Positions 46,504-55,938 of a stretch of DNA of 64,000 nt are shown here, piece by piece. Position 1 is the first letter of the stretch; each line of letters starts with the position of its first letter. The DNA comes from an uncultured Clostridia bacterium. Its GTDB lineage: Bacteria > Bacillota > Clostridia > Oscillospirales > CAG-272. Location of the stretch: NCBI GenBank assembly GCA_947573405.1, contig CANPFW010000002.1:1695-65694 (forward strand). Reading direction: 5' to 3'. Below the pieces are notes generated by a model, which did no database searches, was not told where the DNA came from, and saw only the letters and a program-made list of their open reading frames with translations. Position numbers and translations under genes: made by a program.

Positions 46504-47595
46504 CTATGTTTTATCAGAATCCGGCGGCGCATCACTGTCGATCACCTCACGGATTCCGTCTGTAATCCCATCGATCATGGAAATAACCCGTCGGTAGTTC
46601 ATACGTTTGGGACCGATTACTCCCAGCGCACCAACTGTTTTTCCGTTTTTCAGCACCGGCTTAAAAACCAATGTGGAATTATCCATTGTGACCACTGGGT
46701 TTTCGCTGCCGATATATACCTGTACGCCGCTTTCCTGCTGTCCTGCCAGCATCATAGGAGCGTTTTCGCCGGATACCAGTTGAAGCAAATCCTCTTTGCG
46801 CTCCAGCACCTCCAGCATCTCCCGCAGCTTGCCGATATCATAAAATTCCGGATAGGACAAAAGCCGGTTAACGCCTTCCACCTTGACCTCACCGCCGGAC
46901 GCCGAGCTGATAGTCTGACACACACATTTTACTACCGGCGCTACAAGGAATGCATATTCACCCATTGCTGATTCAATTTCCATAAGGAGTGGGAGCGTCA
47001 TCTGATCGCCTGTGATTCCAGTAAGCCGGATATTCATAAGATTCGTCAGCTTCTTCACCACATCCTCCGGAACCGGCTGCTGACTGACAATATTCTGCGT
47101 GCGCACCGCACCGCCTGCCGTGACCATAACCAGCACCATACTCCGCCCGTCTATTGAAACAAGCTCATATTTCTGTACCGTCATAGAGGACATTCGGGGG
47201 CGGACAGCAAGAGCGGTATAATTGGTCATGCTTGCCGCAAGACGCATTGCCGCATCCAGAATTCCGTCCAGCTGTGCCTGCTTTGCACGGAGCGTTGCCT
47301 GGAGACTTTCAATCTCCTCAGCGGTCATCCGGTACCGTTCTACCAGCGAATCCACATAGAACCGATAGCCCAATTCGCTGGGTACCCGTCCTGCGGACGT
47401 ATGGGGCTGCTCCAAATATCCCATAGTTTCCAGTTCCGCCATTTCGTTGCGGATAGTGGCGGATGAATAAGAAAATCTGCCGCCCTGGGTCAGATATTTA
47501 CTGCCCACCGGTTCGCCGTTTTCAATATGTGCATCTACAATCGCCTTCAGGATCAGTTTTTTCCGTTCACTGAGAAACGCATCTTCCGGTTTCAC
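46504..47595 (-). CDS. hrcA: heat-inducible transcription repressor HrcA
   Basis: GTG start with AAAGGAGAG upstream. LSERKKLILKAIVD...EPVGSK winged-helix N-terminus. Confidence 0.95.
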   Translation of the reverse strand: MKPEDAFLSERKKLILKAIVDAHIENGEPVGSKYLTQGGRFSYSSATIRNEMAELETMGYLEQPHTSAGRVPSELGYRFYVDSLVERYRMTAEEIESLQATLRAKQAQLDGILDAAMRLAASMTNYTALAVRPRMSSMTVQKYELVSIDGRSMVLVMVTAGGAVRTQNIVSQQPVPEDVVKKLTNLMNIRLTGITGDQMTLPLLMEIESAMGEYAFLVAPVVKCVCQTISSASGGEVKVEGVNRLLSYPEFYDIGKLREMLEVLERKEDLLQLVSGENAPMMLAGQQESGVQVYIGSENPVVTMDNSTLVFKPVLKNGKTVGALGVIGPKRMNYRRVISMIDGITDGIREVIDSDAPPDSDKT

Positions 47596-47613
47596 GCCAG
47601 ACTCTCCTTTCTT

Positions 47614-47640
47614 TTAGCACTTTCATGTGGCGAGTGCTAA
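47614..47640 (-). promoter_or_regulatory. CIRCE operator (HrcA binding site)
   Basis: TTAGCACTT-N9-GAGTGCTAA (consensus TTAGCACTC-N9-GAGTGCTAA), between the promoter and the hrcA start. Confidence 0.92.
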
Positions 47641-47651
47641 ATCATGTTTTA

Positions 47652-47680
47652 AATTTACCATGATATGGCGGGAAAGTCAA
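47652..47680 (-). promoter_or_regulatory. sigma-A promoter of the hrcA-grpE-dnaK-dnaJ operon
   Basis: On the minus strand: TTGACT (47680-47675), 17 nt, TAAATT (47657-47652), directly upstream of CIRCE. Confidence 0.6.
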
Positions 47681-47750
47681 TAAGAATATGGATATATAAT
47701 GTGAACTTTTTGTTAAATCCACAATTGAGTGCCAAAATCGCGCTGTGTTC

Positions 47751-47779
47751 TTGACAAAAGAAAAGCACAACTTTATAAT
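47751..47779 (+). promoter_or_regulatory. consensus sigma-A promoter of the glucokinase gene
   Basis: TTGACA (47751-47756), 17 nt, TATAAT (47774-47779). Confidence 0.6.
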
Positions 47780-47821
47780 ATGGGTATCTGCTCATCCAAG
47801 GAAAGGAATATATTTTTAATT

Positions 47822-48787
47822 ATGTATACTATCGGCATCGATCTGGGCGGTACCAATATCGCCGCAGGGATTGTAGATGAAAACTACAATATTGTAAAAA
47901 AAGCGTCCACCCCCACCAATGCAAGCCGTAGCGCAGATGAAATCACAGCAGATATTGCAGCACTGTGCAAAAAGCTCACAGAGGATATGGAACTGACGCT
48001 GAAGGATATACAAAGCATCGGTATCGCAACACCGGGAACTGCCAACAGCGAAACCGGTGAAATTCTTTATGCAAACAATCTTCCGTTTAACAATTATCCT
48101 ATGGAACAAAAGCTTTCTGACTTTTTAGGATATACGGGGCGGGTGCATATTGCAAATGACGCAAACGCTGCAGCAAAGGCGGAAGCCGTTGCTGGCGCGG
48201 CAAAAGGCTCCAAATATTCTGTAATGATCACATTGGGAACCGGCGTTGGCGGCGGTATTATTTTGGACGGTCAGGTATATTCCGGCTTCAACCATGCCGG
48301 CGCAGAGCTTGGACATATCGTCATTGTAAAAGATGGCAGACAGTGCACCTGCGGGCGCCGGGGATGCTGGGAGACATATTCCTCCGCAACAGGATTGATC
48401 CGCACTACCCGGGAAAGGCTGGAGGAAGCCAGAAAAGCAGGACGGAAAACGGTCATCGAGGAGATGATCGGCGGCGATTTGGATCGTATTTCCGGCAGAA
48501 CGGCATTCCGCGCTATGCAGTCTGGAGATGAACTGGGCGCAGAGGTTGTTGACGAATACATATCCTATCTGGCAACCGGGCTTGTTAATATTATCAATAT
48601 ATTCCAGCCGAACGTACTGTCTATCGGCGGCGGCATTTCCAACGAGGGAGATTCTCTCATCGATCTGCTGCACGATAAAATATTTGCTGAAACCTACACC
48701 CGTGGAGACACACCCCAGTGTACACTGAAAATCGCAACGCTGAAAAATGATGCAGGCATCATCGGCGCGGCAAGTCTGGGACAGTGA
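47822..48787 (+). CDS. glcK: ROK-family glucokinase
   Basis: Start at MYTIGIDLGGTNI. ROK zinc motif CTCGRRGCWETYSS. Confidence 0.85.
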   Translation: MYTIGIDLGGTNIAAGIVDENYNIVKKASTPTNASRSADEITADIAALCKKLTEDMELTLKDIQSIGIATPGTANSETGEILYANNLPFNNYPMEQKLSDFLGYTGRVHIANDANAAAKAEAVAGAAKGSKYSVMITLGTGVGGGIILDGQVYSGFNHAGAELGHIVIVKDGRQCTCGRRGCWETYSSATGLIRTTRERLEEARKAGRKTVIEEMIGGDLDRISGRTAFRAMQSGDELGAEVVDEYISYLATGLVNIINIFQPNVLSIGGGISNEGDSLIDLLHDKIFAETYTRGDTPQCTLKIATLKNDAGIIGAASLGQ

Positions 48788-48805
48788 TGCGTTATCCATT
48801 CAAAC

Positions 48806-48996
48806 AAAAAGGCTCCCCATTAAAGGAAGCCTTTTTATAATCCAAGTCTCCCCCAGTAAAGGGAGGTGGGCTTTGCGCAGCAAAGCTCGGAGGGATTGTT
48901 TGCATAGACTGCCAATTTGAAGAATATCCGAAATGATCGAAGGACAATCCCTCAGTCGCTTCGCGACAGCTCCCTTTGCACAAGGGAGCCTTTTTC
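48806..48996 (+). repeat. mosaic intergenic repeat, locus R11 (E-like, A-B-C-D-E)
   Basis: Arms GGAGGGATTGT 48889-48899 and ACAATCCCTC 48944-48953. The B and D hairpins are identical to R9 (GCTTTGC-GCA-GCAAAGC; GTCGC-TTC-GCGAC). Confidence 0.9.
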
Positions 48997-49022
48997 TTTT
49001 TCGTCTGTACTATTTTTAACCT

Positions 49023-50321
49023 TTACTTACCGGAAACGGTGATTCCTCCAAACGCTCCATATGGCAGTACGGAATACCCGTCCGCCACAGTTTCACGGGA
49101 AATTGCAACTACGTTTTTCAGCATATCGGCAAGGTTTCCGGAAATCATTGTTTCGCTCACTGCGTCGGTGATTTTACCGTTCTCAATGAGAAAGCTGTTT
49201 TTGGCAACACCGGAAAAATCTCCATTGGTGCTGGGCTGCCCGCCGGAGAATCGACCCACAAGAATTCCCTTGTCAATAGATGCAATGATATCCTCCACGG
49301 ACTGCTCGCCCGGACATACAATCATGCTGCCGCCGGAGTTTTTCGCCCGAGGTACGCCTGTTTTATTGGATACATACAAACTGGTAAGAAAGCTCTCCAG
49401 TTTACCGTCCCGGATAAAATCAAAATCCTCTGCAAGAAAGCCCTCCGACGTAAAGGACTGCCCGCAAACCATTTCTTTTGCATGGGGCGCAAAGGAAATG
49501 GTGATCCGCTCATCCGCCACCTGCTGCCCCAGCTTATCCTTCCAGATGCTGGTGCCTTCCAGCACGGGACCGTCAGATGCAAAATTATCCGCTATATCCC
49601 CGAGAAAAGATCCGAGACATCCGGGCGTCAGCAGCATAACCCCGGTAAACTTATCATTTACACTTTTCGTATGAATCTGCTTTTCCACGTCTGCCAGATC
49701 CTTTTCAATGGAACCCAGTTCCATAAACGGACAATCCAGATTATCCGTAATAGCGCCGGTACCAAAGAAAGAGGATGCAGCTTCCCCCTCATGACCGGAA
49801 AACATTAGTTCTACATTATAATACCCGGCGTCTTTTGTATAAAGGGCGCCGTTTGTATTACGGTATACACTGTGGCTGCGCACATGGGACACAATGAGCT
49901 GTTCCACCATAATCTTAGGGAACTTTGCACCAATCTGCTCCATCAGCTCTGCTGTCCGGTCAAACAGCCGGTCTACATCCGCTTCCAGCACGCCTTGGGT
50001 AAATGTGTGCGCCTGTCCGTCCGGCGCAAATTGCCAAGCCGCATCCGGCTCCGCGGAACCAGCAGAAGCCATGCAGTCAGCCACTGCCTGCTCCACTGCG
50101 GCATCATCAAATCGGTTTATTCCTACCGATCCTTTTTTCCCTTCGATCATCCCGGTAAGGGACAACGAATTATCAAACAGGGTTCGCATCAGACTGAACT
50201 TTCCGCCGTCCACATTAAATTCCCGCGTTGCGCTTGCAGCAGCAGTGCAGCATGCCTGATCCGCACCGGCAGCCTGCAGCTTTCCGATCACTTCTTCAGT
50301 AAGCTTTTCAAAGTTTATCAT
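49023..50321 (-). CDS. pmbA: TldD/PmbA-family metalloprotease, PmbA (TldE)-like subunit
   Basis: Start at MINFEKL (50321, AAGGAG 7 nt upstream); an alternative ATG at 50339 overlaps the tldD stop. PmbA_TldD family C-terminal blocks. Paired with tldD. Confidence 0.85.
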   Translation of the reverse strand: MINFEKLTEEVIGKLQAAGADQACCTAAASATREFNVDGGKFSLMRTLFDNSLSLTGMIEGKKGSVGINRFDDAAVEQAVADCMASAGSAEPDAAWQFAPDGQAHTFTQGVLEADVDRLFDRTAELMEQIGAKFPKIMVEQLIVSHVRSHSVYRNTNGALYTKDAGYYNVELMFSGHEGEAASSFFGTGAITDNLDCPFMELGSIEKDLADVEKQIHTKSVNDKFTGVMLLTPGCLGSFLGDIADNFASDGPVLEGTSIWKDKLGQQVADERITISFAPHAKEMVCGQSFTSEGFLAEDFDFIRDGKLESFLTSLYVSNKTGVPRAKNSGGSMIVCPGEQSVEDIIASIDKGILVGRFSGGQPSTNGDFSGVAKNSFLIENGKITDAVSETMISGNLADMLKNVVAISRETVADGYSVLPYGAFGGITVSGK

Positions 50322-50335
50322 GTGTTGCTCCTTTC

Positions 50336-51721
50336 TCATCTGCCGCCAACCGTAATTTTGCAGCGAATTGCTGGACCGCCCAATCCCACAGGCATGGGCT
50401 GTTTTTTTCCGCAGAACCCGGAGGAGGACCAGCTGATAGTGTCCCCAACCATATCTACCGTTTTCAGCATTTCAAATGCAACGCCGGAAATAGTTGTGTC
50501 AAGCAGCGCCCTGCCAAGCTTTCCGTTTTTGATTTCATAGCCCATACAAACGCCGAACATAAATTCGCCGGTGGTGTCCGCCTGTCCGTTATTGGTATCA
50601 ATAAAATAATATCCGTCCTCAACGGAAGCAATCATATCCTCCAATTTAGATGTGCCGGGAACAATCGCTGTATTGCGCATACGGATCAGCGGCTCATCCG
50701 AGAAAAGATATGCCCGGGCATTGCCCGTAGGTTCCATGCCAAACTGCTGCGCAGTTTGGCGGCTGTTCATATATCCGGTCAGAATTCCATCCTGAATCAG
50801 CACTGCATCCTTGGCGGGAGTGCCCTCATCATCTACGTAAATTGGAAGCGGCGTCGGTGCACCCAGGCATGTATGGGCATAATCCACCATAGTCACCAAC
50901 GGGCTTGCCACTGCTTTTCCAAGATTGTGCGCCGCTACGCTGCCGCCCAGCACCAGATCTGCTTCCACCGTATGTCCCACTGCCTCATGTGCCAGCATTC
51001 CGGTAAGCTCGCCGCTGATAATACAGGTTTTCTCTCCTGCGTCAGGGTATACGCCCTCCCGCTTCTGCATAAGTTTCTCATACAGTTCATCTACTTTGGG
51101 GAACAAGAGAGCAGGATCGGAAAATACCGTATCAAAGGTACCCAGTCCGCCCACCGGCACAAACAATTCCACCGGATTGCCGGAAGGGGAATCTGCGGTA
51201 AGCCGCAGATATACATAACAGCGGGGCATAATCACGTGCCCGTCATAACCCTCAGATACGCAAAGCAGCTTCTCCATGGAATCCGCCCGAACGCTCACGC
51301 CTCTGCCGGAGAGACCGGGACATTTCTGCACAATATATGCATCCAGTGCCTTTGCAAAATCAATATAGGCTTTCTGTTCGGGATCGCTGTTTGTAATCTC
51401 CCGCATAATCTGCCCAGTGCCAACAGGCGGCAAAGCCGGTGCACCCTTTGCGACACGCTTATCCATAAACATAGCGTTTTCCGTTGCCGCAGCCAGAACT
51501 GCCGCAACAGCATCATCGTCATACTCTGCCGTTGAAGAAAATCCGTACACACCGTTTTTATAAACCCGGGCAGACACTCCTGAAACTTCACTGCGCACAT
51601 TGGTCGTAAGACTTCCGGAAAGCAGACTCACACCTCTGGTTTTATTTACCTGTGCCCGCAGCTCCGTCTGCACACCCGCAGCAAAATCCTTTTTTCGTTT
51701 TGATATGATATCGTGTAGCAT
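50336..51721 (-). CDS. tldD: TldD-family metalloprotease
   Basis: Start at MLHDIISKRK (51721). HEAVGH metal-binding motif. Confidence 0.88.
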   Translation of the reverse strand: MLHDIISKRKKDFAAGVQTELRAQVNKTRGVSLLSGSLTTNVRSEVSGVSARVYKNGVYGFSSTAEYDDDAVAAVLAAATENAMFMDKRVAKGAPALPPVGTGQIMREITNSDPEQKAYIDFAKALDAYIVQKCPGLSGRGVSVRADSMEKLLCVSEGYDGHVIMPRCYVYLRLTADSPSGNPVELFVPVGGLGTFDTVFSDPALLFPKVDELYEKLMQKREGVYPDAGEKTCIISGELTGMLAHEAVGHTVEADLVLGGSVAAHNLGKAVASPLVTMVDYAHTCLGAPTPLPIYVDDEGTPAKDAVLIQDGILTGYMNSRQTAQQFGMEPTGNARAYLFSDEPLIRMRNTAIVPGTSKLEDMIASVEDGYYFIDTNNGQADTTGEFMFGVCMGYEIKNGKLGRALLDTTISGVAFEMLKTVDMVGDTISWSSSGFCGKKQPMPVGLGGPAIRCKITVGGR

Positions 51722-51910
51722 TTCATTTCCGCCTTTCCTGTTTGATCCGTACCGTAGTATTTGTCCGAAACAAATATGAATATGCAATGTTTTTATCAAG
51801 CTGATACCATTATACAACAGCCACCAATTTATGGCAAGAGCAAATCCGGTAGGATATAGTAGATTTTTCGAGTTAGCCCAACAGTAAAGCGCCTCTAAAC
51901 TAAACGTTCT

Positions 51911-51964
51911 CTCGGCAAAGGGAGGTGAATCGCCGCATAGCGGATCCTCACATGGGAGCCTTTT
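51911..51964 (+). repeat. mosaic intergenic repeat, locus R12 (fragment: half A plus G box)
   Basis: CAAAGGGAGGTG followed by CCGCATAGCGGATCCTCACATGGGAGCC. No C core. Confidence 0.75.
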
Positions 51965-52004
51965 GAATGGATGTTGCGTCGGCAGTTCCCTTACTCAATA
52001 TAGT

Positions 52005-52033
52005 AAAAGGAGAGGAAAAATCCCTCTCCTTTC
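52005..52033 (-). terminator. Rho-independent terminator of the 2-oxoacid dehydrogenase operon
   Basis: AAAGGAGAGG-AAAAAT(C)-CCTCTCCTTT, 9 nt past the stop at 52042; the minus-strand reading ends in a T-rich tract. Confidence 0.65.
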
Positions 52034-52041
52034 CTTATATT

Positions 52042-54528
52042 TTACAGTCCCTGTTTACTTCTTTCCATGTGCTCGATTTCCGATTCATTCACCGTACTCA
52101 CATGACCAGGAATGGGCAAAATCTTCTGACTGATTACGTCAATAATGCCGTCTGCCTGAGGGAAGAAATACTTCTCAAACTCATATGCAGGGGTGATCCA
52201 GTTGCGGGAACCGAATACAACCGGCGGCGCATCCAGATAATCAAACGCCATTTCCGCAATGTTGGACGCCATATCACGCATTACGGAGTTTCTGTCGCAG
52301 GCATCTCCCACAATGATAATACGTCCGGTTTTCTTCACACTTTCCAGCACCTTATCATAGTTGAACGGCACGATAGAGCGCGCATCAATCACTTCTGCAC
52401 TGATACCGTACTGCTCCTCCAGCTTCTTCGCTGCAGCAAGACCCCGATACAATACTGCGCCGATGGTGAGGATCGTCACATCCGTACCTTCCCGCTTCAC
52501 GTCCGGTTCACCAAATGGAACTTCGTAGCTTTCCGCAGGAACGCCGCCCTCATGGAACTGCTCGCCGATATCGTAGATCCGCTGACTTTCAAAGAAAATA
52601 ACCGGATCGGTTCCGTTCAGCGCTGCACACATCAGACCCTTTGCATCGTAAGGCGTTGCAGGGAAGCAGACCTTCAGTCCCGGAATATGCGCGGTGAGCG
52701 CCGTCCAGTCCTGACTGTGCTGTGCACCGTATTTGGAACCAACAGAAACACGCACCACTACAGGCATTTTCAGAATGCCGGCGGACATGGACTGCCATTT
52801 GGACAGCTGGTTGAAAATTTCATCGCCTGCACAGCCGATAAAGTCCGCATACATCAACTCTACAATGGCACGGCCGCCCGCCATAGCGTATCCTACGGCA
52901 GAACCGACAATCGCGGCTTCAGAAATGGGAGAATTGAAGAAACGGTGATAGGGAATCGCCTCGGTGAGACCGCGGTATACGGCAAACGCGCCGCCCCAGT
53001 CACGGTTATCCTCACCGTATGCAATCAGCGTGGGATCTTCATAGAATTTATCAATAATTGCTTCAAAAATACCGTCCCGCAGACCAAACTGCTTAATTTT
53101 AGGAATCAGTTCGCCTTTTTCATCATAAGCATAACGCGCTTTGCCGGCGATCTGCTTCAGACGGGGGTTCTCTTCTTTGGAAATCAGCACCTCCGGCTCA
53201 CGCTGGGGATCCATAGAAGGCACAGACTGATTGGAGAACATAATAGAAGAAATAATATCCGGCTGACTGTCCAGATCCATTCTGGGGGAGATTTCCTCAT
53301 CAATGGACATGCGGCAGATCTTGGTGATCCGTTTGATAATATCTTCTTCAATTGCGTCAAACTCTTCTTCTGTTGCAATGCCGCCTGCTACCATTTTGTT
53401 CCGGTATGCCGCGATAGGACAAGCAGCTTTCCACTCCTCAATTTCCTCCTGACTTCTGTAGGTGGAAGAATCGGATGGAGAATGTCCGCTGACGCGGTAT
53501 GTGGCAACCTCCAGCATTGCCGGACCTTCTCCCTTGATGAGAAGCTCCTTCTTGCGCTGGGTAGCGTCAATCACTGCAAGAGGATCATAGCCGTTTACTT
53601 TTTCCGCATGGAGCATATCCGGATTGAAGCCTGCGCCGAGACGTGCAGCGATGTCAAAGCCCATGGTTTCGCCGCGAGTCTGACCGCCCATACCGTAGAA
53701 GTTGTTGAATACGTTAAACAAAATCGGCATGCCGCCGTCATCGTATTTGCCGTCCATGCCCCACAGCTTGCGTATCTGATCCATAGACGCCATGTTGAGG
53801 GCTTCCAGAACAGGTCCCCGTCCCAGCGCACCGTCGCCGGAGTTGGCAATAACAATTCCCTTTTTATGATTGCTCCGTTTATACAGGGCAGCGCCAAGGG
53901 CAACGGGAGCCGCACCGCCCACGATTGCGTTATTGGGAAAAATTCCGAAAGGAATAAAGAATGCGTGCATGGATCCGCCAAGACCCTTGTTAAAGCCTGT
54001 AGTCCGGGCAAAGATTTCTGCAAGTGCGCCGTACAGAAGGAAGTCGATTGCAAGCTCCTTTACATCGCCCTGCTTTTCCTGCTTACCTTCTACCACCTTC
54101 AAAATATTACCGCCCAGGAATTCCTTCATAATGTCATACAGTTCTGTTTCTGTAAGCTTCTCAATAGAGGAAAGTCCTTTTGCAAGAATCTCACCGTGGC
54201 TGCGGTGGGATCCGAAGGTGAAATCGTTGATGTCCAGGCAGTATGCCTGACCCACTGCGGAGGCTTCCTGCCCGATAGACAGGTGCGCCGGACCGGGGTT
54301 GGTATACTCTACGCCGTTGTACACACTTTTGGTTTTGATTTCGTTGAGCATGGTTTCAAATTCCCGGATGATCCGCATATCCCGGTAAATCCGCAGAAAA
54401 TCTTCCTTGGTGTACAGCTTCTTTTCCTGTGCCAATGTCTTTTTGTACTGGCACAGGGGAATTTTATCAAAAGAAAGGAATCCGGATGCAAATGCATCGC
54501 TGGGACTGATATATTGATTCTTTGGCAT
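52042..54528 (-). CDS. 2-oxoacid (pyruvate/acetoin-type) dehydrogenase E1 component, fused alpha and beta subunits
   Basis: 828 aa. N-terminal half carries the TPP-binding SGDGALGRG...N motif. C-terminal half carries the transketolase-like pyrimidine-binding region (FNSPISEAAIVGSAVGYAMAGG). Confidence 0.88.
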   Translation of the reverse strand: MPKNQYISPSDAFASGFLSFDKIPLCQYKKTLAQEKKLYTKEDFLRIYRDMRIIREFETMLNEIKTKSVYNGVEYTNPGPAHLSIGQEASAVGQAYCLDINDFTFGSHRSHGEILAKGLSSIEKLTETELYDIMKEFLGGNILKVVEGKQEKQGDVKELAIDFLLYGALAEIFARTTGFNKGLGGSMHAFFIPFGIFPNNAIVGGAAPVALGAALYKRSNHKKGIVIANSGDGALGRGPVLEALNMASMDQIRKLWGMDGKYDDGGMPILFNVFNNFYGMGGQTRGETMGFDIAARLGAGFNPDMLHAEKVNGYDPLAVIDATQRKKELLIKGEGPAMLEVATYRVSGHSPSDSSTYRSQEEIEEWKAACPIAAYRNKMVAGGIATEEEFDAIEEDIIKRITKICRMSIDEEISPRMDLDSQPDIISSIMFSNQSVPSMDPQREPEVLISKEENPRLKQIAGKARYAYDEKGELIPKIKQFGLRDGIFEAIIDKFYEDPTLIAYGEDNRDWGGAFAVYRGLTEAIPYHRFFNSPISEAAIVGSAVGYAMAGGRAIVELMYADFIGCAGDEIFNQLSKWQSMSAGILKMPVVVRVSVGSKYGAQHSQDWTALTAHIPGLKVCFPATPYDAKGLMCAALNGTDPVIFFESQRIYDIGEQFHEGGVPAESYEVPFGEPDVKREGTDVTILTIGAVLYRGLAAAKKLEEQYGISAEVIDARSIVPFNYDKVLESVKKTGRIIIVGDACDRNSVMRDMASNIAEMAFDYLDAPPVVFGSRNWITPAYEFEKYFFPQADGIIDVISQKILPIPGHVSTVNESEIEHMERSKQGL

Positions 54529-54552
54529 AACGGTTCTATCTCCTTTTTTATT

Positions 54553-55926
54553 TTAATCAATCATAAACATGCCTTCCCGTATGACTTCGCATACGGTAGG
54601 ATGAGGGAATACCAGTTTCTGTACATCGCTAACCCGCTGCCGGGCTGCAACCATTGCCGCCGCTCCGTAAATAATTTCGGAAGCGTAGGAGCCGATCATA
54701 TGGACGCCGATAATGGTTTTATGAGCGTCATCCACAACGATTTTTACAATACCGTCTCCGCCCTCCACTTCGGCTACATACCGTCCGCTGTAACGAAGGC
54801 TGACTGTATGTTCTGTTGCCTGCACCCCGCGTTTTGCGGCGCTTTCCACCGTGTCGCCCACAGTGCCCACTTCCGGTTTTGTGTAGATCACGGCAGGAAT
54901 GGCTAAATAATCGACCCGGTCTGTGGCACCCAGCATATCGGACACGGCAACCTCGCCCTCCCGGTATGCGGTATGCGCCAGCATACTGCGTCCGTTTACA
55001 TCACCTGCTGCCCAGATTCCCGGAACGGAGGTTCTGCCCCGGTCATCACAGACAACTGCGCCCCGATCCAGCAGAACACCGGCTTTTTCCAGTCCGATAG
55101 CTGCGGTGCGCGCCCGTCTGCCGGTACTTACTAAAACTGCATCGCAGTCAATGGAAACAGACTTTCCATCCGCTTCACAGGTTACTGTTTTCTTCTCACT
55201 GCTCACGGACGTGACCTTTGCGCCAAGAAGGAAACGGATGCCCTTCTTCTCCAAGTTTTTCTGCAAAACGGCAGATATATCTTTATCTGTAGGACCGGCG
55301 ATCTTATCCAGCATTTCCACTACAGTGACTTGTGTGCCCACAGTGCTGAAATAAGACGCCATTTCCAGCCCGATCACGCCACCGCCGATAACGCACAACT
55401 GCTTCGGCACGGTACGCATGTCAAGAATTTCCCGGTTGGTCATGGCAAAGCCTGCTGTCACTGCCTCCCGCAATCCTTCTACAGGAGGCACTGCCGCTTC
55501 GCTTCCGGTGCAGATGAGGAGCCGTTTTCCCTGATACACTGCTTCCCCGCACCGCACCTGAAATCCGTCCGGGTTTTTGCCGGTAATACAGCCGGTTCCG
55601 TTCACCACAGTAACCTTTGCCCCCCGCATTTTCGCACCGACACCGGACACCAGTGTTTTTACCACTTTATCCTTGCGATCCACCACCTTAGCGTGGTCAA
55701 TGGATGCGCTGGACACCGTCACGCCGTAATCCGCGCCATGAAGAACGCTTTCATAAATCTTTGCAGAGTTCAGCAATGTTTTTGTAGGAATGCAGCCTTC
55801 GTTGAGACACACGCCGCCAAGGGCACGTTCCTCTATCAGCAGTACCTGCATCCCGCTGTGTGCCGCACGCTCCGCCGCATTATAGCCCGCCGGACCGCCG
55901 CCCAATATCATCAAATCATATACCAT
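54553..55926 (-). CDS. lpdA: dihydrolipoyl dehydrogenase (E3)
   Basis: GGGPAGYNAA FAD fold, redox-active CLNEGCIPTK, second dinucleotide fold and a dimerisation domain. Confidence 0.93.
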   Translation of the reverse strand: MVYDLMILGGGPAGYNAAERAAHSGMQVLLIEERALGGVCLNEGCIPTKTLLNSAKIYESVLHGADYGVTVSSASIDHAKVVDRKDKVVKTLVSGVGAKMRGAKVTVVNGTGCITGKNPDGFQVRCGEAVYQGKRLLICTGSEAAVPPVEGLREAVTAGFAMTNREILDMRTVPKQLCVIGGGVIGLEMASYFSTVGTQVTVVEMLDKIAGPTDKDISAVLQKNLEKKGIRFLLGAKVTSVSSEKKTVTCEADGKSVSIDCDAVLVSTGRRARTAAIGLEKAGVLLDRGAVVCDDRGRTSVPGIWAAGDVNGRSMLAHTAYREGEVAVSDMLGATDRVDYLAIPAVIYTKPEVGTVGDTVESAAKRGVQATEHTVSLRYSGRYVAEVEGGDGIVKIVVDDAHKTIIGVHMIGSYASEIIYGAAAMVAARQRVSDVQKLVFPHPTVCEVIREGMFMID

Positions 55927-55938
55927 TGTGCTTCCCCC

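Noticed and set aside
51967-54906. 979-aa ORF on the + strand spanning the E1 gene and part of the E3 gene in antisense
   Set aside because: It crosses an intergenic gap of the opposite-strand operon. Its composition is low-complexity and Cys/His/Arg/Phe-rich with no domain signature. The sense-strand genes carry complete TPP, lipoamide dehydrogenase and other motifs. It is a codon-bias artefact.
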